Assembly: GCA_965205025.1 (NCBI GenBank)
Contig: CBDBFU010000025.1
Coordinates: forward strand, 1-64,000
Reading direction: 5' to 3'
DNA length: 64,000 bases
From: Candidatus Poribacteria bacterium
Lineage (GTDB): Bacteria > Poribacteria > WGA-4E > WGA-3G
The notes below the pieces were generated by a model that was not told the origin of the DNA, ran no database searches, and was given only the letters and a program-made list of their open reading frames with translations. The translations under genes were made by a program, and so were the position numbers. Positions 10,289 through 20,753 of this stretch are shown here, in pieces (within the stretch, counting starts at the first letter, position 1; each line of letters starts with the position of its first letter).

Positions 10289-11659
10289 ATGAAGAATGCT
10301 ATAGTTTTAGCAGCAGGATTAGGTCGGAAAGTATGGCCGTATGGTGAATTTCGACAAAAATGTACAATTCCTGTTGCCAATAAACCAATAATTCGTCGAA
10401 TTGTTGAAGATCTGACAAAAGTAGGATGTATCAGGATTATAGTTGTGGTAGGACACTTCGCGCAACAAGTACGGGGGGCAGTTGCGGATCTACCTAATGT
10501 TGAATTTGTTACGCAACCTACACCAGAAGGTACTGCGGATGCTGTTCTCACAGCGCTCAAACAACTTAACGGTGAAGATTATCTGGTAATATACGGTGAT
10601 GTTGTAACCACTTCAGATAATTATCGTTCTTTTATAACAGAGTTCGAAAATAATAATGTAGACGCAGCTGCATTAATTCAATCACTTGGAAGTGAAGATC
10701 CAAGCGATTGGATCTGTGCTAAGACAAATAACGGATCCATTTCAGGAATTGAAGGACATCCGCGGGGTGGTTCCTATCGTCTTGGCGGAATATACGCTTT
10801 TAAGAACTCTGCAACGCAATTCTTAGTTAAGAATACGGGGATTGTAACCCAAGTACCAGTCGGTGGTATGCCTCCACCAGAATCTGAAATTGCGCAATCC
10901 ATTCAACTTATGATAGAGGATGGAAAAGAGGTATTAGTTGTTGAATCAACAGACTTTTTAGTTGATGTTGATAAACCATGGCATGTACTTGAAGCTAATA
11001 ATAGATTTGTAAAGCATCTTACGAAACAAATTGACACAAATCAATTATCAAAGGGGGCTAAAATCTCTGATGCGGCTGAAATTAATGGGAATGTGGTCTT
11101 AGGTGAAAACACTGTTATTGGACCTCGTGTCGTTGTAAATGGAAACCTAATAGCTGGAGCAAATAACAATATTACAAACGGGGCAATTTTACACGGAGAT
11201 ATTTTCATAGGTAATCAATGCCGAATCAGTGATTATTGTGATGTTTCCAGTAGTTCAATTGGAAATAGATGTATTATAGGACATGGGGCTGAATTGGCAG
11301 GTGTATTATTTGACAAAGTATACCTATATCATTATTGTGAAATGTCCGGTGTTTTTGGTTCAGCAACCGATATAGGGGCGGCAACTGTATGCGGAACACT
11401 TCGATTCGATGACCGAGATACACCTATTCAAGTTGAAGGACGTTATGAAATACCCAATTACGGGGCAAATGAAACATACATGGGGGATTATTGTAGAACT
11501 GGTGTGAATGCTATAATTATGCCAGGAAGACGAATTGGTTCTTATAGTGTGGTTGGACCTGGAGTCATTCTATACGAGGACGTTCCCAGTAAGACGATGG
11601 TCATGGCAAAACAAGAATTGATTACCAAACCTTGGGGTCCTGAGAAATATGGCTGGTAG
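10289..11659 (+). CDS. Sugar-phosphate nucleotidyltransferase with left-handed beta-helix (GlmU-like bifunctional)
   Basis: AIVLAAGLG...K; QPTPEGTADA; YGD; C-terminal hexapeptide repeats. Confidence 0.85.
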   Translation: MKNAIVLAAGLGRKVWPYGEFRQKCTIPVANKPIIRRIVEDLTKVGCIRIIVVVGHFAQQVRGAVADLPNVEFVTQPTPEGTADAVLTALKQLNGEDYLVIYGDVVTTSDNYRSFITEFENNNVDAAALIQSLGSEDPSDWICAKTNNGSISGIEGHPRGGSYRLGGIYAFKNSATQFLVKNTGIVTQVPVGGMPPPESEIAQSIQLMIEDGKEVLVVESTDFLVDVDKPWHVLEANNRFVKHLTKQIDTNQLSKGAKISDAAEINGNVVLGENTVIGPRVVVNGNLIAGANNNITNGAILHGDIFIGNQCRISDYCDVSSSSIGNRCIIGHGAELAGVLFDKVYLYHYCEMSGVFGSATDIGAATVCGTLRFDDRDTPIQVEGRYEIPNYGANETYMGDYCRTGVNAIIMPGRRIGSYSVVGPGVILYEDVPSKTMVMAKQELITKPWGPEKYGW

Positions 11660-11686
11660 GCAACTTAGCATATTGGTGAACAATAT

Positions 11687-12073
11687 CTAATCTGAAAGCA
11701 GTTCTTTTAGGAGAGTTGTGAGTTCTTCGTTTCCAGCTGCAAGTTCAAATACTCTATTCTTTTTTCTTTCTATAGCATTTTCATTCTCGGTACTTGTTAT
11801 CGGTTCCCATAGGATTTCAAGGTCTTTAGGATTCAAACGATCATAGTTAACTTTAACAATTGATAAAGCGTAATCATCTGGAATAAGGACTATCCAATCA
11901 ATTGTTTCACCCCGTTCAGAATAACTTCTATCTACTGTTAGTTTGGAATCTTGATAAGGGACGTTTTTCTTAACCCATTGTTTGCGTCCAAGAGCATCAA
12001 TTTCAAAAAGCCCAACCTCTAACCAATTACGACCAGCACCATTGGGTTTAGTGGTAACTTCTATACGATGCAT
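11687..12073 (-). CDS. Hypothetical protein
   Basis: 128-aa ORF with GGAG RBS; no recognisable motif. Confidence 0.6.
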   Translation of the reverse strand: MHRIEVTTKPNGAGRNWLEVGLFEIDALGRKQWVKKNVPYQDSKLTVDRSYSERGETIDWIVLIPDDYALSIVKVNYDRLNPKDLEILWEPITSTENENAIERKKNRVFELAAGNEELTTLLKELLSD

Positions 12074-12293
12074 TTAGTGGTTCTCCAGTATGTAATTAAA
12101 CTGTGATATTTATCCTATATTGGTGGTAGAATATCGTAAGTTTATCACATTTTGATTCTTATTTCAAGACAAGTATAAAAATTGATTCTATAAGATTTAT
12201 GACATCAGGAGTGTTAAAGAAGGTTTTTAATTTCACTTTGTAACAAAGAATACATACTGAACTTAATTGATACTAAACCATACCTATATCATA

Positions 12294-12431
12294 TTTGATA
12301 ATAAAAAATGTCAGTTCCATAAATAGAATTTTGTCCTGAAGATAGTCTTTGTAGCACAAACTTTCCAGTTTGTGCACTCTGGTGTTAACTAAAAGTTCGG
12401 GTTACAATGTGTCTTATCAAACTCACGTTAA
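12294..12431. repeat. Uninterrupted (empty) copy of the 1351-1680 element, left TIR decayed
   Basis: Near-identical to 1361-1432 plus 1614-1680. Intact hairpin GTA-GCACAAACT-TTCC-AGTTTGTGC. Confidence 0.8.
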
Positions 12432-12634
12432 ATAATATAATCAGTTAATGTAGGGGGATTATTTCGATTGAACTATGTGAATATAGAGTAAAAGAATGCT
12501 CACATAATATAGTTGACTTAAAATCTTATTTCATGTTACACTCTCAATGAGCATTCACGCGCAAACTCTCCTATATAATAAGTGTATTTATATGTTCCTC
12601 ATCATTTTATAAAACAGGTCGATGGTATTTTGAT

Positions 12635-13906
12635 ATGCAAATTCACATGAAATATGGACACAGCACAATTCCTATTAATATCCCTGATAAGAATGTTATC
12701 GGTATCATGAAACCTTCAGAAGCGAAGGTTTTACTCGATCCAGATACAATTATACGCCAGTCTATTTCAGAACCAATTGCATCATTACCCTTAGCAGAAC
12801 TTGCTAAAGGACGGAACTCTGCATGTATAGTCATCTCAGATATCACACGACCTGTTCCAAATAAATTGATACTTCCACCTATATTAGAAACACTTGAACG
12901 AGAAGGTATATCACGTAATCAAATAACCATACTCATTGCCACTGGTATTCACCGACCAAATGAAGGAAAGGAACTTGAGGAAATGGTAGGACGTGATATT
13001 ATGAACTCCTATCGAATCGTAAACCATTTTTCTCAAGATCTTGAAACACATGCCAATCTGGGTAAAACTAAGAACGGCACACCTGTTTTTATTGATAAGA
13101 CCTATCTGAACTCCGATTTAAAAATTGCTACGGGGTTAATTGAACCACATCTGATGGCAGGTTATTCTGGAGGTAGAAAAGCCATTTGTCCGGGGATTGC
13201 CTCAATTGAAACAATGAAGGTGATGCATGGTCCTGAGATTATGGAACATCCAAATTGTTCCGTCGGTATATTGGATGGAAACCCTTTCCATATAGAAGCA
13301 ACTGAGATTGCTTTGATGGCAGGTGTCGATTTCAATCTTAATGTCGCAATAGATAAAGATCGACTGATTACCGGTGTATTTGCTGGTGATTTAGTTCAAT
13401 CTCATATCGTTGGGGCAAGATTTGTAGAAGAAAAAGCAACAGCTACAATTTCATCTGCTGCTGATGCAGTCATTGTATCAAGTGCAGGTTACCCTTTGGA
13501 TTCTACATTCTATCAGGCAATAAAAGGTTTATTAACTGCTGTTGAAATCGTTAAAGAGGGTGGTAGTATCTTACTTTTAGCTGCCTGTAGTGAAGGAATT
13601 GGGAGTAAGCCTTTTACTGATTTATTATTCAAGACAGATGATCTAACGGCATTTGTTGATGGATTATATAACCCTGCAAATTTTGTTATAGATCAATGGC
13701 AATTAGAAGAATTAGCTAAAGTGGCGCGGAAAGCGGATATCTATTTCTATTCAGATGGAATACCTTTTCATCAGAGATCGAAGTTATTTGTTCATGCATT
13801 GAAAAACCCACAAGAAGGGATTGAACAGATCTTTCACCAATACGGGGAAGATGTTCAGATTGCTGCTATACCAGAAGGACCGTATGTCCTTGCCAAATTA
13901 GCATAG
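12635..13906 (+). CDS. larA: Nickel-pincer-dependent lactate racemase family protein
   Basis: ISDITRPVP, ATGIHR, IEPHLMAGYSGGRK, and GYPLDSTFYQAIK motifs. Confidence 0.88.
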   Translation: MQIHMKYGHSTIPINIPDKNVIGIMKPSEAKVLLDPDTIIRQSISEPIASLPLAELAKGRNSACIVISDITRPVPNKLILPPILETLEREGISRNQITILIATGIHRPNEGKELEEMVGRDIMNSYRIVNHFSQDLETHANLGKTKNGTPVFIDKTYLNSDLKIATGLIEPHLMAGYSGGRKAICPGIASIETMKVMHGPEIMEHPNCSVGILDGNPFHIEATEIALMAGVDFNLNVAIDKDRLITGVFAGDLVQSHIVGARFVEEKATATISSAADAVIVSSAGYPLDSTFYQAIKGLLTAVEIVKEGGSILLLAACSEGIGSKPFTDLLFKTDDLTAFVDGLYNPANFVIDQWQLEELAKVARKADIYFYSDGIPFHQRSKLFVHALKNPQEGIEQIFHQYGEDVQIAAIPEGPYVLAKLA

Positions 13907-13985
13907 AATACTTCTTGATCGATTTTCAATCTGTATAATCAATTAGTCGGGTAAACTTTGGGAATAACCAAAAGAGCGTGCAATA

Positions 13986-14657
13986 ATGGATACTTCAATC
14001 GTGAAACTCAGAGGATATAAGGATGGGTTACATCTAATCGTCAATCCAAGGATCTCGTTATCTGAGATTGAATTGGCAATTCAAGAACTATTTGCCAAGA
14101 TGAATCAACCGTTAACGGGGACATCAATCCAAATTGATTTGCAACCACCAGTCCTAAATCCTGAAGATTCAAAACATTTAGAAACACACTTGACCGAAAC
14201 CTATAATCTCGTAGTCAACGGTGTAAATATTTTTGGAGAGTCGGGAGAAACCCCTATTCTTGCTGCCCCTGCTACACATAGTATTTCAACTGATCTATCA
14301 CAGGGACAAAATATAGATTTTGATAACGCACAAGTTGTACGACAGACAATTCGATCAGGACAGACAACACGTTGTTTGAGTGGGAGCGTTATCATTTATG
14401 GTGATGTAAACCCAGGAGGTGAAGTCATTTCAGCAGGTGATATTGTTGTACTTGGTGCCTTACGCGGTACAGCACACGCAGGTGCAAATGGGAGACTTTC
14501 ATCTGTAATTGTAGCAATGGAATTAGTGCCTCTACAGCTCCAAATTGGTTCATATGTTAACCGTCCACCAGTTGGACAAAAGCCAAGAGGTTACCCAGAA
14601 ATCGCCAGAGTGGGTGCAGAAGATATAATCATTGTTGAAGAGTTTATTAAGTTCTAA
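13986..14657 (+). CDS. minC: Septum site-determining protein MinC
   Basis: RSGQ...GDVNPGGEVISAGDIVVLGALRGTAHAG; lies upstream of minD. Confidence 0.92.
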   Translation: MDTSIVKLRGYKDGLHLIVNPRISLSEIELAIQELFAKMNQPLTGTSIQIDLQPPVLNPEDSKHLETHLTETYNLVVNGVNIFGESGETPILAAPATHSISTDLSQGQNIDFDNAQVVRQTIRSGQTTRCLSGSVIIYGDVNPGGEVISAGDIVVLGALRGTAHAGANGRLSSVIVAMELVPLQLQIGSYVNRPPVGQKPRGYPEIARVGAEDIIIVEEFIKF

Positions 14658-14674
14658 AGAAGGAAGGTACGATT

Positions 14675-15469
14675 ATGGGAAAGGTTATCGTTATTACTTC
14701 TGGTAAGGGGGGAGTCGGCAAAACGACATCTACTGCGAATATTGGGACTGCTTTAGCCATGATAGGTAAAACAGTAGCAATAATTGATGCTGATGTTGGT
14801 TTACGAAACCTTGATGTCGTGATGGGCTTAGAAAGTAGAATTGTCTTTACATCAATGGATGTTATTGACAAAAGATGTGAACTTGAAAAAGCCCTTGTAA
14901 AAGACCGACGTGTTGAAGATCTAATGCTGCTCGCGGCATCACAACGAAACAGAAAAGACGATATCAAACCTGAACAGATGAAGGATATATGTGGACGTCT
15001 GAAAGAAGACTATGAGTATGTTCTCGTGGATTCACCAGCAGGTATTGAACAAGGGTTCCACAATGCAGCTGCTGGTGCTGACGAAGCCATCATAATTACA
15101 ACACCTGATGTATCTGCAATAAGAGATGCAGATAGAATCATCGGACTCTTACAAAACCAAGGAATTGATCTAATAAATCTAATACTGAATAGATTATCTC
15201 CTACACTCGTTAGAAAAGGTAATATGATTAGCAAAAATGATGTATTAGATATTCTTAACATTGATCTACTCGGTATAGTCCCAGAAGATGCTGGCGTAAT
15301 CGCATCTACAAACCGAGGTGTACCACTTGTACATAACGACGGTTCACCCGGAGCCGATGCGTATATGCGAATAGCACGGCGGATTACTGGACAAAATATC
15401 CCAATTCCTGAAATGCGAGAAGACACTTTCTTCGCTCAGATAATCAACTGGTTCTCAAGAAAGAATTAA
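14675..15469 (+). CDS. minD: Septum site-determining ATPase MinD
   Basis: TSGKGGVGKTT; DADVGLRNLD; DSPAGIEQG; C-terminal amphipathic helix. Confidence 0.97.
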   Translation: MGKVIVITSGKGGVGKTTSTANIGTALAMIGKTVAIIDADVGLRNLDVVMGLESRIVFTSMDVIDKRCELEKALVKDRRVEDLMLLAASQRNRKDDIKPEQMKDICGRLKEDYEYVLVDSPAGIEQGFHNAAAGADEAIIITTPDVSAIRDADRIIGLLQNQGIDLINLILNRLSPTLVRKGNMISKNDVLDILNIDLLGIVPEDAGVIASTNRGVPLVHNDGSPGADAYMRIARRITGQNIPIPEMREDTFFAQIINWFSRKN

Positions 15470-15478
15470 GAGGAAAAC

Positions 15479-15736
15479 ATGGATTTCAGAAGTTTATTTA
15501 CTCGGAAATCAAAGACAAGTGATATTGCAACACAGCGATTGAAACTTGTTCTAACACAAGATAGGTTCGATATAAACGAAGAATCAATGAAGAAACTTCA
15601 GTTTGAGTTAACTCAGGTCTTGGCTAAATATTTTCAATTTACTATGAATTCAGTTAGTATGTCACTTAAACAAGATGGAAATTCATATGTTCTCATGGCA
15701 GATATTCCCTGCGGGAGGATAAACACTGAGCAATAA
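15479..15736 (+). CDS. minE: Cell division topological specificity factor MinE
   Basis: TSDIATQRLKLVLTQDR motif; follows minD. Confidence 0.9.
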   Translation: MDFRSLFTRKSKTSDIATQRLKLVLTQDRFDINEESMKKLQFELTQVLAKYFQFTMNSVSMSLKQDGNSYVLMADIPCGRINTEQ

Positions 15737-15777
15737 TATAATCCTTATACATTTCATAGATTATCTCTTCTGATATA

Positions 15778-16581
15778 CTATTTTAGGATTACTTCATATA
15801 TCGCCTTAGCAACGCCGTTTTCATCATTTGTAGAAGTGATGTAATCGGCGTTTTCTTTTACAGGTTCTACTGCGTTACCCATAGCTATACCAAAACCAGC
15901 AGTTTGTAGCAGACTTTCATCATTATAACTATCACCAAATGCTACAATACTACCTAACGAAATACCATACCTATCAGCAAGAGCTTCCAACGCTCGGCCT
16001 TTCGTAACATTCGGGTTCATAAACTCAATATATTCTGGTTGAGTTTGGGTGACATAAAGTTTTTCACTATATGTAGTTTTATATTCATTCAATAAGGTAG
16101 GTAACTGCTCAGGGGGAAGAATTATGAGTAATTTCGTTGGAGTCTCATCATTAAACTTAGCAAGGTCCCCAACTTGGTTCGCAGGTACACCAGTTCTGGT
16201 TTCGTAAAGTTCACTCCATTTATTTATTTCTGCCACATATAGTTCATCATTCAAACAGAAATTCAGGTGTAAACCCTTTTCAGTACAGTCAGAAACGATT
16301 TCCATTGCATGGTCTGCAGGAACAGGAGTATGATGGAATATCTCGTCAGTTGAAGCGTGTTTGACCATTCCACCATTATAAGAAATAATTGGATTCTGTA
16401 ATCCTATCTGATTGCTAATAGGTAAAATTGAACGGTGCATCCTACCAGAGATTAACACCACAGTTATATTGTTTTTTTCAAGCTCTTGAAGTGCAGTACA
16501 ATTCTCTTCGGATAGTAGATTATCACTATTCAAGAGAGTTCCATCTAAATCAAAAGCTGCTAATTTACACGATATATTCAT
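15778..16581 (-). CDS. Cof-type HAD-IIB hydrolase
   Basis: FDLDGTLL; SGR; TKG; FGDSYND; MGNA. Confidence 0.93.
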   Translation of the reverse strand: MNISCKLAAFDLDGTLLNSDNLLSEENCTALQELEKNNITVVLISGRMHRSILPISNQIGLQNPIISYNGGMVKHASTDEIFHHTPVPADHAMEIVSDCTEKGLHLNFCLNDELYVAEINKWSELYETRTGVPANQVGDLAKFNDETPTKLLIILPPEQLPTLLNEYKTTYSEKLYVTQTQPEYIEFMNPNVTKGRALEALADRYGISLGSIVAFGDSYNDESLLQTAGFGIAMGNAVEPVKENADYITSTNDENGVAKAIYEVILK

Positions 16582-16595
16582 ATAAATTTATAATC

Positions 16596-17714
16596 CTACC
16601 ATAATCCTTGTTCAGTATTTTTATCAAATAAATGCATCTGTTTTTCATCGAAATCTAACCAGATTCTATCACCTATATCAACAGTAAATGTTGGATGTGT
16701 CCTAACTCTGAATAGAATGGGCTCATCCGTATCTTTATGATTACCTAACCTTAAGTCAAGAATATTAACTGCTCCAAGCGGTTCAATCAGGTGTACGTGA
16801 GCAGTTATCTTTCTTCCCATTTCTTGATTTGATGCCGTAATGTGTTCAGGTCTAATTCCTAAGACAAAATCAGAAGCAGATTCTCTTTGCTTTATTATAG
16901 ACTGTTGCTGCGGTGATAGATCTATCTGAATATCTGTATGGTGTAACTGTAAGACAAGATCACCATTGTTAGTTGTACATTCTACATCAAGCAAATTCAT
17001 AGAAGGACTACCCATAAATCCTGCAACAAAAAGACTTTTTGGTTTGTTGTAAACCTCATTAGGTGTTCCAATTTGTTGTAAGACTCCCTGATGCATTACT
17101 GCTATTCTATCAGCAAGAGACATAGCTTCAACCTGATCATGTGTCACAAATATCGTTGTCGCCCCTATTTCATGCTGTAACCGTTTTATTTCAGCACGTG
17201 TATCAATACGGAGTTTTGCATCTAAATTTGCCATAGGTTCGTCTAATAGATATACTTTCGGTTGACGTACCATTGCCCGACCTAAAGCTACACGTTGCAT
17301 TTCACCACCACTGAGAACACCGGGTTTTCTTGATAGAAGTTCGGTAATCTGTAGTATCTCAGCAACTCTCTTAACTTGCGAATCAATCTCTGCCTTCTCT
17401 ACTTTCACTGCTTTTAATGGAAAGGCAATATTATCATACACACTTAGATGAGGATATAATGCATAGAACTGAAATACAAATGCGATATCCCGATCTGCAG
17501 GTGATAAATTATTCACACGCTGCCCATCAATGAGGATATCGCCTTCTTCTGGGTGTTCAAGTCCTGCAATTATGCGAAGTGTTGTCGTCTTACCGCAACC
17601 GGAAGGACCTAAAAATACAACAAACTCTTTGTCTTCGACGACAAGGTTGAAGTCTCTAACAGCAACCACATTTCCAAAACGTTTAACGATATTTTCTAAT
17701 CTGATTTCTGCCAT
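16596..17714 (-). CDS. Carbohydrate ABC transporter ATP-binding protein (MalK/UgpC type)
   Basis: GPSGCGKTT; LSGGEMQRVALGR; LLDEP; VTHDQVEAM; TOBE region (GIRPEH). Confidence 0.93.
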   Translation of the reverse strand: MAEIRLENIVKRFGNVVAVRDFNLVVEDKEFVVFLGPSGCGKTTTLRIIAGLEHPEEGDILIDGQRVNNLSPADRDIAFVFQFYALYPHLSVYDNIAFPLKAVKVEKAEIDSQVKRVAEILQITELLSRKPGVLSGGEMQRVALGRAMVRQPKVYLLDEPMANLDAKLRIDTRAEIKRLQHEIGATTIFVTHDQVEAMSLADRIAVMHQGVLQQIGTPNEVYNKPKSLFVAGFMGSPSMNLLDVECTTNNGDLVLQLHHTDIQIDLSPQQQSIIKQRESASDFVLGIRPEHITASNQEMGRKITAHVHLIEPLGAVNILDLRLGNHKDTDEPILFRVRTHPTFTVDIGDRIWLDFDEKQMHLFDKNTEQGLW

Positions 17715-17831
17715 TTAATTACAATCTGTATTACTCATACATCACATTAGTGTAATTACTGGGTGTAAGGATTTCTACACAGAATATTGAAGAATCCATC
17801 TACACCAGAGATTACGAAAACACAGAATATA

Positions 17832-18632
17832 TCATGGTTGATGGTCTGTGTTAATGGGTGGTTCATCTTTTTCTAAGAAACGATCAATGGTATTATGCGT
17901 TGCTGGACTTGTGCGAAAATCAGCAATCCAAGGTTCACGGAAATATGCTTGTTTCTCTCGAGGCAAACCATTAAGTACTTCAGGTGGTATTCTAAGGCGA
18001 TGCCAGTGTGTCGCTAAATGTGCATATGCATTTAGAATTGCAATGCGTGGTGTTTCCCGTTGCCATACGGGACCCGCATGACAGAGATTCTCTGTGAAGA
18101 AGATTGCACTCCCTGCTGGACATTCATAGGTCATGAGGTATGGACTTCGTTTGCCATCTTCTAATGACATGTGTTCGGGATGCATTGGAAAGTTTGCTTT
18201 ATGACTACCTACTATGAAATGTGTACCACCATCATCTTTAGAAACATCCGTAAGTTCAAACACAACCCGCACCATACCAGCGTGTATCCTTCCATTCTTT
18301 ACACGATACCCGAATATGGGATCAGCTTGTCCAGGACCACCCCCATGCAATCCTCCATGTTCTTGGCCCTTCGTCCGCCAAACAGAGAATGTACTCTCCA
18401 TTCTGATGTCTGGTCCGATAATTTGATGAAGGACATCTATCACTTTTGGATGGTCAATTAACAGACTTGAAGCACCCCCTGGAACAGCTCTGTGTTCAGG
18501 TGGTAAAGAATTAGGATTATGTCTAATCCTATCAAGTTGATCGACTATCTCTCCTACTTCATCCTTAGTGATAATTGCCGGACGAACGAGGAAACCAGTT
18601 AAGTCAAATCGAAATTTTTCTTCATCGGTCAT
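17832..18632 (-). CDS. Phytanoyl-CoA dioxygenase (PhyH) family protein
   Basis: EEKFRFDLTGFLV; GLHGG; GSHKANF; FTENLCH. Confidence 0.8.
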   Translation of the reverse strand: MTDEEKFRFDLTGFLVRPAIITKDEVGEIVDQLDRIRHNPNSLPPEHRAVPGGASSLLIDHPKVIDVLHQIIGPDIRMESTFSVWRTKGQEHGGLHGGGPGQADPIFGYRVKNGRIHAGMVRVVFELTDVSKDDGGTHFIVGSHKANFPMHPEHMSLEDGKRSPYLMTYECPAGSAIFFTENLCHAGPVWQRETPRIAILNAYAHLATHWHRLRIPPEVLNGLPREKQAYFREPWIADFRTSPATHNTIDRFLEKDEPPINTDHQP

Positions 18633-18690
18633 AGTTCTAACTCCTCTGATTTTCTATTGTGTGACAGTATTCGAGTTATGACAGTATTCG

Positions 18691-19518
18691 CTAAAGTCTA
18701 ATTTCCTTGAATGCTTCAATCTGTGCTGTTATTGCGCGTTCAGTTGGTAGACGTTCAGCACTGGATGCACCATAAAAACCTACAACCCCTTGAGTATTTT
18801 CAAGTACATAGGTGGCATCATCCGGTTCAGCAATCGGACCGCCATGACAAATTACGAGAATATCAGGATTAACCCCTTTAGCAGCATCGTGAATGGCTTG
18901 TACCCGTTTTGCAGCGTCTTCAAGTGTGAATGACGTTTTTGCACCAATGGATCCTTTTGTTGTTAATCCCATATGTGCAACGAGAATATCTGCACCCGCA
19001 TCCGCCATCTGCTCTGCTTCTGTTTCATTGAAAGCATAAGGTGTTGTGAGTAAATTCATATCATGTGCTTTACGAATCATCTCTACCTCTGGACCATATC
19101 CCATATCTGTTTCTTCAAGCAACTGACGGAATGTTCCATCTATCAGACCTACAGTCGGAAAATTCTGTACACCTGAAAAACCGACTGCATCAATTTGTTG
19201 TAGAAAAACATCCATCAAACGGAAAGGATCGGTACCGCAAACACCCGCCAATACCGGAGTGTCTCTTACCACAGGCAGTACTTCACTCGCCATTTCAACT
19301 ACAATCTGATTGGCATCACCGTAAGGCATCATACCTGCCAGTGACCCTCTACCAGCCATACGGAATCTACCTGAGTTGTAGATAATTATCAGGTCTATAC
19401 CACCTGCTTCCTCACATTTAGCGGAGATTCCTGTTCCTGCACCTGCCCCTATGATAGGTTTCCCACTATCAATGTTCATCCTTAGTTTATCTAAAATATC
19501 TTCACGTTTGAATTTCAC
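18691..19518 (-). CDS. Phosphoenolpyruvate hydrolase-like / TIM-barrel signal transduction family protein
   Basis: [11 protein letters not shown]; [16 protein letters not shown]; GVQNFPTVG; CHGGPIA. Confidence 0.88.
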   Translation of the reverse strand: MKFKREDILDKLRMNIDSGKPIIGAGAGTGISAKCEEAGGIDLIIIYNSGRFRMAGRGSLAGMMPYGDANQIVVEMASEVLPVVRDTPVLAGVCGTDPFRLMDVFLQQIDAVGFSGVQNFPTVGLIDGTFRQLLEETDMGYGPEVEMIRKAHDMNLLTTPYAFNETEAEQMADAGADILVAHMGLTTKGSIGAKTSFTLEDAAKRVQAIHDAAKGVNPDILVICHGGPIAEPDDATYVLENTQGVVGFYGASSAERLPTERAITAQIEAFKEIRL

Positions 19519-19573
19519 AATACGATTTCCTTTCTTTTTTCAGCATAGACAATAACTTAAAATCTGTTAGATG

Positions 19574-20749
19574 TCAACGTCGCGCATGTTGTGATTCTTT
19601 AGGGGCACGGTATTCAACATTGAGATGTGGAGTATCTAACCTTACATGTCCTTGATGCCGAGACTTAAGACAACTCTCTAATGTACCACTTACCAGTAAT
19701 GTTCTTTCTGCTGGATATGGTGCAATCCCTGTTTCATAGAGCTCCTCAATTTTTGCTATAAGACAAGCGGAATAGGTAACATTCGGTGTTGGGGTTAAGA
19801 AGAACTGGGTTGACACAGGAACAGGTTCGTTCTTAAGTTTGGCAGCAAAACAGTAATCTCTTACTGCACCGTTTAGCATGAGTAACGTTGCCTTGAACCC
19901 ATCATTATATTCAATAAAATATGCTGCTGGATTGTCAACCAATTTATAGAGTTCCCCTGTACCGATCAAATTCTGTGTTCGTCCATCCTCATCAGTCAAT
20001 CCGCATGGTGTATCACTACGAGACAAGGCAGCTTCTAACAATTCCAATGACCAACGTCCATCTTCACCTGCTTTCCAAACTTCATCACCATCAATCAGTT
20101 GAACAGCAGCGACACCAGTTTCACCCCCTTTTCTCCGCTCAACCATACACTGCATAGCTTCCAATGCGTGGTAGTCCATTGGATCGGACCCGCCAACACC
20201 AACCATAACCGCACCTTCTAATTCATGATCATAAGGTATATCAACATCAGGTAAACGCCATGTGACAGGTAGGGATGACCCGGATAGAACACCAAAACCG
20301 AGACGATGACCATCGTCAACCATCTCTTTAGCTTTCTCAAAGTTATAGGATAGGTGTTTATCGTTGAAGATTGGAACTGCACGTCCATCTTCCTCAAATA
20401 CCTTTACACACTCCTTAAAGAATTCATACCGAGGATACAATACTTGACTCAACTCATTGTTAGGATAATCACCATGTTCACCAATAGAGAGAACAGCATC
20501 CACAGCGATCTTATCACCACCACACCTAAGTGCTTCCGCAATAGTAGGGTACACAGTAAACCCAAATTCTCTTGCGCGATCTTCGCTTTGTTCACCTTCA
20601 GGTTTCTGGTCAACGTACAAGGAAACCACCTTCATATTAGGACGATGCCATTTCCCTTCTCTTGGATACCCTACAAGAAAACGATCTGCAAAATGTTGTG
20701 CATGTGATAGATATCTATAAATAGTTGTAATAACTGCAATTCGTTTCAT
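19574..20749 (-). CDS. Conserved hypothetical Gfo/Idh/MocA-like oxidoreductase (paralog 1)
   Basis: Start moved to the ATG at 20749 (GGAGG RBS). Motifs VLSIGEHGDYP, FNDKHLS, GSSLPVTWR, YHALE, YPAERTLL. Confidence 0.75.
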   Translation of the reverse strand: MKRIAVITTIYRYLSHAQHFADRFLVGYPREGKWHRPNMKVVSLYVDQKPEGEQSEDRAREFGFTVYPTIAEALRCGGDKIAVDAVLSIGEHGDYPNNELSQVLYPRYEFFKECVKVFEEDGRAVPIFNDKHLSYNFEKAKEMVDDGHRLGFGVLSGSSLPVTWRLPDVDIPYDHELEGAVMVGVGGSDPMDYHALEAMQCMVERRKGGETGVAAVQLIDGDEVWKAGEDGRWSLELLEAALSRSDTPCGLTDEDGRTQNLIGTGELYKLVDNPAAYFIEYNDGFKATLLMLNGAVRDYCFAAKLKNEPVPVSTQFFLTPTPNVTYSACLIAKIEELYETGIAPYPAERTLLVSGTLESCLKSRHQGHVRLDTPHLNVEYRAPKESQHARR

Positions 20750-20753
20750 AGAA

